Shown here piece after piece: positions 1-9,146 of a stretch of DNA of 35,638 nucleotides. Both the position numbers and the translations under genes were made by a program. Under the pieces are notes generated by a model, which saw nothing but the letters and a program-made list of their open reading frames with translations, did not search any database and was not told where the DNA came from. The DNA is from Paramoeba atlantica (lineage: Eukaryota; Protista; Discosea). The stretch is from NCBI GenBank assembly GCA_977017575.1, contig CDRNVI010000233.1, forward strand, positions 1 through 35,638, read 5' to 3'. Each line of letters starts with the position of its first letter. Position 1 is the first letter of the stretch.

Positions 1-1850
1 TGTTAAAAATTATTTTTGATCAATAAAAATTATTTTCGATGTTCAAATTCATCGTTTGATAACAAAAAAGTTATAACGCTGTTAATTTTCCATCAAAAAT
101 TATTTTTTTTGCTTCAAAAATTTTTTTTAACATAAAAATTTATAATGATGATTACAAAATAAGTGTTGCAACTCAAAAAAGTTGTTTAACACTGTTAATT
201 TTCCATCAACATCATAATTTTTATTTAAAAATTTTAATCAAAATCAATTTTATAAACATTTTTTGTAAAAAAATTAAAATTTTTACTGGAAAATTACGGT
301 GAGATGCATAAAAATTAGATTTAAACATAAATTTATGCAAACTACCGTTTAATTTCCAACAAAATTTAAATTTTTTTCATTCAAAAATAGATTTTTTTAA
401 TTTTTCGCCGACAAAATTGAAAAAAAATTGAATTTTCATTCAAAAAGTTGTAAAATTGAGTCTCAGGATGAAAAAGTGGAAAAAGACCACATTTTATCAA
501 TTCGACGCTAAATTAGCAAAAAATTTCAATTTCTACACCTAAATGACTGTAGAAATTGGTGTTTTCCTACAATTTTGTGGAAACTCCTGACAAACACTGC
601 TAAATTTCCAACAAAAAGTCAATTTGCAGGTGCTGCCCGTGGATTTTCCAACAAAATACTAGCAAAACTACTCAAAATGCTATTTTTCCGGCAGAAAACC
701 GTCAAAATCTGCTTTTTCTGGGCAGGAATGACAAAAACGGCCCAAAAAAGGCCCTGTCATTTTGCCCAAAAACGCAGTATTTTTTCCTGTTCTGGCCTGC
801 AAATTAGCGGATGTCCAAGTGCCCCAAAAAAAGTGACTTGGACTCCGAGCCGACTCGAAAAGTCGTATTTTCCGGCAGAAACGAAAAAATATGCCACATT
901 TTGTCCGACGATTATTTACAACTTTTTCTCGCATCCCATCATAGCGATTTTGCGGATCTGCAAGTTGGGAGGGAACCAACTGCATTTTTTGGCCGTTTTG
1001 AACCCGTTTTGTAAAAAATCGCATATATAAACTCCATAATTTCCCCTCAGAAATCTGCCACTTTTGGACGCCAAAAAGTGTTTTGCAGAATCTCGAGGGC
1101 AAAATAGGAGTTTTTTGACCCGATTTTGTGAACAAAACTGGCATCAAAAACTATTCCAAATGCTCCAATCCGAATTTCAGCTATTGAACACTAAAAATGC
1201 TGAAAATCGCTATTTCGCACTGGAATTCCGCCAAAACTCCTTTTCAATGCGTATTTTGGGCGAGAAAATCGTGAATTTTATAATTTTTAAACTTTTTTTT
1301 GTATAATTTATCATTTTTAGCGCGGATTTGTATAATTTCTCGCATAATTTATTAGTTTTATAGCGTTGTAGTTAAAATTTTCATAATTTTATCATCAAAG
1401 TCATCATTTTTCTATAATTTCAAACAAAATTATTAAAAAAAATGTTGTCTCAGACGAAAAAATTGCATGAAAGTTGTTAAACAACACTAAAACTAAAAAA
1501 ATATCCCGCAGAAATTAAAAAACCGTGATAAAAATTTATAAATTCAAAAGAAAAATTTAAAAATCTTAAAAATTTATGATGAAATCATCTTCTTTGTACC
1601 AAAATCAGATGTAAACATCAAAAAATTTTTTTAAAATCACTAGTTGAAACCATCGTCTATGGTTTCTTTTGTTAATGATCAATGTTTTCATTTCATTCAT
1701 AACATTTTCACGTTAACTTCGTTCAACTAACTTGAATTTTATTAAAATTATGATTCATAAAATAATTTTTTCATTGCTAAAAATAAAACCGCAATGGAAA
1801 TTATTATGAAACAAGTTTTAATAATTCAAACTTAAGTTTGAACTCGAGTT

Positions 1851-2854
1851 ATAAAATTTTAATAACATTAATATATACTTTTAAATAACTTCTATAATTA
1901 ATTCAAAAGAGAATTTATAATTAAGAACTTATAAAACTATATTTAATGATTTAAAACTTAATAACTTGTTGTAATGTTTTCAATATAATAATATATTTAC
2001 GATATATTATCTTCTTTGTTCCAAAATCAGATGTTGATTATCGTACATTCTTATTACATGAAAACATAACAACATAAAGAATACAATAGGCACTCCTTAC
2101 ATTTAAATGCCCTTAATATAATTTATCGATATATTTAATTACACAAATAATTTAAAATATAATTTATAAAATATTAATAAAGTTCATGTAAAATGTAAGA
2201 AGTTACCCTAGTTTTCCTGGTATTGTGAGTATGTTTTCATGTAATAAACATGTACGATAATCAACATCTGATTTTGACTCAAAGCAGAGTAATCATCGTT
2301 AAATATCGTTACAAAGTTATTACAAATAAAACATAAATCACTAATAACAGGAAAATATTAAATACAAAAATATTTAATAAACTTCGATGCAAAAAAGCAT
2401 CTTGACAATCTCTGTGTTTTTGTTAAAAAAAATAGCGTAAAACTACAAAACCATATATATAAAATGAAAAGTGTATAAAAAAGAAAAGCATACACTTTGA
2501 TACATTCAATCGAAAAATATCTCAATCATGTATCATTAATTTTAGTATATATGGTAGGAGTTTTACCTTTACAGTGCTATTAGTCATGTTTTCATGTAAT
2601 AAGAATGTACGATAATCAACATCTGATTTGCACTCAAAGTAGAGTAATCATCGTTAAATATCAGTACAAAGTCATTACAAGAAAACTAAAGATTAAAGCA
2701 CTGTAAAATTGCACTAAGATTTCCTTCAGAAATTCAAGTGCAAATATCCGCCCAACTTATAAAATATAAGTGGCGTCTATATATATTTTTTTATCGAAAA
2801 AAACGATAAATAAATAAAGATCATGATAAGATTTCTACGAAATTCAATCATGAA
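1851..2854. other. Hypervariable hairpin cassette, type A (1 L-module, 2 R-modules, 2 AAGATTT hairpins)
   Basis: The 43-nt motif aaaatcagatgttgattatcgtacattcttattacatgaaaac is at 2023-2065, with inverted copies starting at 2233 and 2588. Each sits in a local hairpin (1967-2074, 2212-2355, 2568-2707). Confidence 0.85.
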
Positions 2855-2993
2855 GCATACACTATAGTGTATGCAAATTATTACAAAAATAATAATTTTA
2901 AAATTTTTTCTTCGAAATTCAAAGAAGAATTTATTCGAAAAAAATATAAATTTTAATGTTTTCGTGTTTAACTACAACTTAAATTTATATATA

Positions 2994-3315
2994 TTTCGTT
3001 AAATTAAGAGAATAATTAAACGAAACTGTTACTCGGCAAAAATAAGGGAATTTTTGAGTAACAGACCGTTCAAATTGAAAACAAAAAAACAATTTGCACG
3101 GCAATTCTTGGGGTTTTTACGCCTCACGGCTTCGTGATTGGACTAAAGAGCAGGAGCGAGAGCAAGAAAGTTTGCAGGGGTAGTTGAGTTAGCTATTCCC
3201 GGTGGAAGCTAACCTCGATTCTTTAGTCTTTAGTTGTGGTAATTTGGGATAGTGAAGTAAAATTTTTAAAGTTCACTATCGACAATTACTATTCTCTTTC
3301 ATCTTTTGGCGTGCA
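2994..3315 (+). ncRNA. Candidate structured ncRNA domain of unknown family (copies at 7533-7854, 12071-12392, 16609-16930, 21264-21585, 25802-26123)
   Basis: Consecutive stems: tttcgtt/aacgaaa, ctgttactc/gagtaacag, tcacg/cgtga, gactaaaga/tctttagtt, gagttagct/agctaacctc, gtaatt/aattac, gatagtgaa/ttcactatc, and long-range tgcacggcaa/ttggcgtgca. Two compensatory double changes occur between array copies. Strand is inferred only from G-U pairs. Confidence 0.5.
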
Positions 3316-3831
3316 TTGCTAATTGATCCCAATAGACAATCACATTCAGAAATGATCGTTGCTATCCCTATATGTATGTAAAATATCATACATAAGAATC
3401 AATAAGATCTATTTCGTCTCCTCTTTCATCCTTTTAACATAGCAAGACTAATCTATATTATATAATTATTATTCAACTTTTTTAATTATATTTTATCTGC
3501 TTGAACACCATAGTTCGATAAAAAATAAATAAAAAGATGAATAAATAACTAAAAAATAAAGATAGACAAGAACAAGAATAGTTTAGTTTAATTCCGTGTT
3601 AAATCCTCAATCCTTAAGTCGGATTTGTCACTCCATATACGATCAAACTTTATTTACTTAAATTTTTACAAAGATAGTAAAATTAAAAGTATAAAGATGA
3701 TCTAGCTCACCAGTTTTATTTAAATTAAAATCTTACACAATGATTTTATATTTATAAACTACTCGCTTCCATCGACCCTCGACTTTGTTGAAGTTTAAGT
3801 TTTTGAGTTTACGATATTAAAGAGAAAAAAA

Positions 3832-3977
3832 ATATTATTGCGCTCTATTGGTGGGGCTTTCGTTAGATTATTAAAAGCTCAACGTCATTGTTCGCGTTTT
3901 ACGTTACACTCCACAAGCTAAACAAGTGCGTTCTGCCTTAATAATCACTACCCCTCACCAAAAGGTCGCAATAATAT
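3832..3977. ncRNA. Second candidate structured domain (rod-like foldback; copies at 8370-8515, 12908-13053, 17446-17591, 22101-22246)
   Basis: Nested inverted repeats atattattgcg/cgcaataatat (11 bp), ttggtgggg/cccctcaccaa, gattattaa/ttaataatc (9 bp) and aacgt/acgtt. No covariation seen. Confidence 0.35.
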
Positions 3978-4347
3978 ATGTTTTTAGCGTTTAAGATCTG
4001 GAGACCATTTTCAAAATAGAAAATGTCAATCGCTTTTTTCTTACGCAAGTACGTCAAAAAAATCGTTTTTCTCCATGAGCTAAAACGAGTTAGTTCGATC
4101 GGGCTTTTTTTGATGCTTTTTTTGGATCGCAGCTTCAACAAAAAAAAATTTCTGCTGCTGTTTTCCAACAAAGAAAATTATAAAAAAATAATTTTGTTGT
4201 TGTCAAATACGATCTTTTAAAATATAAAATTTTTTTTATCGTTATAAATTTTATTCCAACATAAATTTGTTGGAAAAGTAACAGTAAAAAGTTGTTAATG
4301 AAAAAAAATAAATTCATTAACAACAACGTTGATGAAAAATATCAATC

Positions 4348-4812
4348 AACGCTGTTAAATTTCCAACAAAATAATGTCAGAAAAAAATTTCTGCCGAAAT
4401 AATTTAGCTGATTAAATTTTTATCACGACAAAAATATTTTTTTGTGGATCAATTAAATCGTTATTAACAAAAAAGTTATAACGCTGTTAATTTTCCAACC
4501 TAAAAATTTTTTATCTCTCAAAAAATATTTTTTGATGTTCAAAGTTATCGTTTGATAACAAAAAAGTTATAACGCTGTAACTTTTCCAACAAAAAAAATT
4601 TTTTTTCGTGTTAAAAATTATTTTTGATCAATAAAAATTATTTTCGATGTTCAAATTCATCGTTTGATAACAAAAAAGTTATAACGCTGTTAATTTTCCA
4701 TCAAAAATTATTTTTTTTTGCTTCAAAAATTTTTTTTAACATAAAAATTTATAATGATGATTACAAAATAAGTGTTGCAACTCAAAAAAGTTGTTTAACA
4801 CTGTTAATTTTC
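4348..4812 (+). repeat. Five iteron/enhancer-like direct subrepeats AAC(G/A)CTGT..(A/C)TTTTCCA, spaced 91-132 bp, in each unit
   Basis: Motif starts at 4348, 4480, 4571, 4683 and 4797. Three copies are preceded by aacaaaaaagttat. Confidence 0.75.
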
Positions 4813-7800
4813 CATCAACATCATAATTTTTATTTAAAAATTTTAATCAAGATCAATTTTATAAACATTTTTTGTAAAAAAATTAAAATTTTTACTGGAA
4901 AATTACGGTGAGATGCATAAAAATTAGATTTAAACATAAATTTATGCAAACTACCGTTTAATTTCCAACAAAATTTAAATTTTTTTCATTCAAAAATAGA
5001 TTTTTTTAATTTTTCGCCGACAAAATTGAAAAAAAATTGAATTTTCATTCAAAAAGTTGTAAAATTGAGTCTCAGGATGAAAAAGTGGAAAAAGACCACA
5101 TTTTATCAATTCGACGCTAAATTAGCAAAAAATTTCAATTTCTACACCTAAATGACTGTAGAAATTGGTGTTTTCCTACAATTTTGTGGAAATCCCTGAC
5201 AAACACTGCTAAATTTCCAACAAAAAGTCAATTTGCAGGTGCTGCCCGTGGATTTTCCAACAAAATACTAGCAAAACTACTCAAAATGCTATTTTTCCGG
5301 CAGAAAACCGTCAAAATCTGCTTTTTCTGGGCAGGAATGACAAAAACGGCCCAAAAAAGGCCCTGTCATTTTGCCCAAAAACGCAGTATTTTTTCCTGTT
5401 CTGGCCTGCAAATTAGCGGATGTCCAAAGCCCCCAAAAAAAGTGACTTGGACTCCGAGCCGACTCGAAAAGTCGTATTTTCCGGCAGAAACGAAAAAATA
5501 TGCCACATTTTGTCCGACGATTATTTACAACTTTTTCTCGCATCCCATCATGGCGATTTTGCGGATCTGCAGGTTGGGAGGGAGCCAACTGCATTTTTTG
5601 GCCGTTTTGAACCCGTTTTGTAAAAAATCGCATATATAAACTCCATAATTTCCCCTCAGAAATCTGCCACTTTTGGAGGCCAAAAAGTGTTTTGCAGAAT
5701 CTCGAGGGCAAAATAGGAGTTTTTTGACCCGATTTTGTGAACAAAACTGGCATCAAAAACTATTCCAAATGCTCCAATCCGAATTTCAGCTATTGAACAC
5801 TAAAAATGCTGAAAATCGCTATTTCGCACTGGAATTCCGCCAAAACTCCTTTTCAATGCGTATTTTGGGCGAGAAAACCGTCGATTTTATAATTTTTAAA
5901 CTTTTTTTTGTATAATTTATCATTTTTAGCGCGGATTTCTATAATTTCTCGCATAATTTATTAGTTTTATAGCGTTGTAGTTAAAATTTTCATAATTTTA
6001 TCATCAAAGTCATCATTTTTCTATAATTTCAAACAAAATTATTAAAAAAAATGTTGTCTCAGACGAAAAAATTGCATGAAAGTTGTTAAACAACACTAAA
6101 ACTAAAAAAATATCCCGCAGAAATTAAAAAACCGTGATAAAAATTTATAAATTCAAAAGAAAAATTTAAAAATCTTAAAAATTTATGATGAAATCATCTT
6201 CTTTGTACCAAAATCAGATGTAAACATCAAAAAATTTTTTTAAAATCACTAGCTGAAACCATCGTCTATGGTTTCTTTTGTTAATGATCAATGTTTTCAT
6301 TTCATTCATAACATTTTCACGTTAACTTCGTTCAACTAACTTGAATTTTATTAAAATTATGATTCATAAAATAATTTTTTCATTGCTAAAAATAGAATCG
6401 CAATGGAAATTATTATGAAACAAGTTTTAATAATTCAAACTTAAGTTTGAACTCGAGTTATAAAATTTTAATAACATTAATATATACTTTTAAATAACTT
6501 CTATAATTAATTCAAAAGAGAATTTATAATTATGAACTTATAAAACTATATTTAATGATTTAAAAATTTAATAACTTGTTCTAATGTTTTCAATGTAATA
6601 CGATATTTACGATATATGATCTTCTTTGTTCCAAAATCAGATGTTGATTATCGTACATTCTTATTACATGAAAACAAAGAACAGCTACGGATAAGAACTG
6701 AAATGCCTTCCATATACCGAGATACTTTAAATTGATTATAGATAAATTTTCTAAAATATTTAATTACAAAAATAATTTAAAATATTATTTACAAAACTTA
6801 TAAATATAATCAATAAAAGTATACGTTATAAAGGAGCGCATAGTTCCTATCACTTTTAAATACGCTATTTTCCTTGATAAAAAAAATCACTGGAAAATTA
6901 GCAGTCTTTAAAGAACTTCGATACAAAAAAGTATCTTGACAATCTCTGTTGTTTTTGTTACAAAAAAATAGTAAATAACTTCAAACATATATACAAAATT
7001 AAACGTGTATAAAAAAAGAAAAACATACACTTTGATACATTCAATCAAAAAAGATCTCAATCATGTATCATTAACTTTAGCATATATGTAAGAAGTTCCT
7101 TGGTGATTAATTCTTTTACGGTTTTCATGTAATAAACATGTACGATAATCAACATCTGATTTTAACTCAAAGCAGAGTAATCATCGTTAAATATCGTACA
7201 AAAGTTATTACAAAGAAAACTGCTAAGAATTATCATCAGGAAATTGCACTAAGATTTCCTTCAGAAATTCAAGTACAAATATCCGCTTAACTTATAAAAA
7301 GATATAAGTAGCTTCTATATATATTTTTTTATCGAAAAAACGATAAATAAATAAAGATCATGATAAGATTTCTACGAAATTCAATCATGAAGCATACACT
7401 ATAGTGTATGCAAATTATTACAAAAATAATAATTTTAAAATTTTTTTCTTCGTAATTCAAAGAAGAATTTACTTGAAAAAAAATATAAATTTTAATGTTT
7501 TCGTGTTTAACTACAACTTAAATTTATATATATTTCGTTAAATTAAGAGAATAATTAAACGAAACTGTTACTCGGCAAAAATAAGGGAATTTTTGAGTAA
7601 CAGACCGTTCAAATTGAAAACAAAAAAACAATTTGCACGGCAATTCTTGGGGTTTTTACGCCTCACGGCTTCGTGATCGGACTAAAGAGCAGTAGCGAGA
7701 GCAAGAAAGTTTGCAGGGGTAGTTGAGTTAGCTATTCCCGGTGGTAGCTAACCTCGATTCCTTAGTCTTTAGTTGTGGTAATTTGGGATAGCGAAGTAAA

Positions 7801-9146
7801 ATTTTTAAAGTTCGCTATCGACAATTACTATTCTCTTTCATCTTTTGGCGTGCATTGCTAATTGATCCCAATAGACAATCACATTCAGAAACGATCGTAG
7901 CTTTACCTATATGTATGTAAAATATCATACATAAGAATCAATAAGATCTGTTTCGTCTCCTCTTTTTTCTTTTAAAATAGCAGGACTAATCTATATTATA
8001 TAATTATTATTCAACTTTTTTAATTATATTTTATCTGCTTGAACACCATAGTTCGATAAAAAATAAATAAAAAGATGAATAAATAACTAAAAAATAAAGA
8101 TAGACAAGAACAAGAATAGTTTAGTTTAATTCCGTGTTAAATCCTCAATCCTTAAGTCGGATTTGTCACTCCATATACGATCAAACTTTATTTACTTAAA
8201 TTTTTACAAAGATAGTAAAATTAAAAGTATAAAGATGATCTAGCTCACCAGTTTTATTTAAATTAAAATCTTACACAATGATTTTATATTTATAAACTAC
8301 TCGCTTCCATCGACCCTCGACTTTGTTGAAGTTTAAGTTTTTGAGTTTACGATATTAAAGAGAAAAAAAATATTATTGCGCTCTATTGGTGGGGCTTTCG
8401 TTAGATTATTAAAAGCTCAACGTCATTGTTCGCGTTTTACGTTACACTCCACAAGCTAAACAAGTGCGTTCTGCCTTAATAATCATTACCCCTCACCAAA
8501 AGGTCGCAATAATATATGTTTTTAGCGTTTAAGATCTGGAGACCATTTTCAAAATAGAAAATGTCAATCGCTTTTTTCTTACGCAAGTACGTCAAAAAAA
8601 TCGTTTTTCTCCATGAGCTAAAACGAGTTAGTTCGATCGGGCTTTTTTTGATGCTTTTTTTGGATCGCAGCTTCAACAAAAAAAAATTTCTGCTGCTGTT
8701 TTCCAACAAAGAAAATTATAAAAAAATAATTTTGTTGTTGTCAAATACGATCTTTTAAAATATAAAATTTTTTTTATCGTTATAAATTTTATTCCAACAT
8801 AAATTTGTTGGAAAAGTAACAGTAAAAAGTTGTTAATGAAAAAAAATAAATTCATTAACAACAACGTTGATGAAAAATATCAATCAACGCTGTTAAATTT
8901 CCAACAAAATAATGTCAGAAAAAAATTTCTGCCGAAATAATTTAGCTGATTAAATTTTTATCACGACAAAAATATTTTTTTGTGGATCAATTAAATCGTT
9001 ATTAACAAAAAAGTTATAACGCTGTTAATTTTCCAACCTAAAAATTTTTTATCTCTCAAAAAATATTTTTTGATGTTCAAAGTTATCGTTTGATAACAAA
9101 AAAGTTATAACGCTGTAACTTTTCCAACAAAAAAAATTTTTTTTCG
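4609..9146. repeat. Array unit 2 (cassette type B, 4538 bp)
   Basis: Appears identical to unit 3 in every segment compared; ORF-track translations are identical. Confidence 0.95.
6460..7391. other. Hypervariable hairpin cassette, type B (1 L-module, 1 R-module, 2 AAGATTT hairpins); also at 10998-11929, 15536-16467, 24729-25660
   Basis: 43-nt motif at 6633-6675 with an inverted copy at 7121-7163; local hairpins at 6576-6684 and 7096-7242. Confidence 0.85.

Larger units (their letters stand above)
1..4608. repeat. Array unit 1 (cassette type A, 4608 bp)
   Basis: Direct alignment by eye to the following units. The backbone is near-identical and the cassette is ~70 bp longer than type B. Confidence 0.95.

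Noticed and set aside
926-940. ttctcgcatc resembling 5.8S rRNA, and acgctgtta (4481 etc.) resembling mitochondrial LSU rRNA
   Set aside because: Matches are only 9-10 nt, with no flanking rRNA similarity or universal rRNA motifs anywhere in the unit.
2401-2430. Bacterial promoter at TTGACA in the cassette
   Set aside because: There is no acceptable -10 hexamer at 16-18 nt spacing, and chance hits are expected in AT-rich DNA.
2023-2707. CRISPR array (repeat starting GTTTT with variable intervening sequence)
   Set aside because: There are only 2-3 repeats per cassette in mixed orientation, with 160-450 nt gaps. The variable parts are mutually homologous and self-complementary, and there are no cas genes.
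3108-3120. ttggggttttt as a ciliate telomere or telomerase template
   Set aside because: Single copy, no telomeric tract, and no adjacent ciliate telomerase motif (UGUCA) on the template strand.
3141-3235. Group I intron core (GACUA/UAGUC) or RNase P/MRP/SRP identity for the structured domain
   Set aside because: J8/7, the bulged-A P7 context, P3/P4 elements, CR-II to CR-IV and the SRP helix-8 AGCAG do not fit. The domain is kept as an unassigned structured RNA.
4087-4105. tRNA T-loop-like gttcga
   Set aside because: No cloverleaf or acceptor stem can be built around it.
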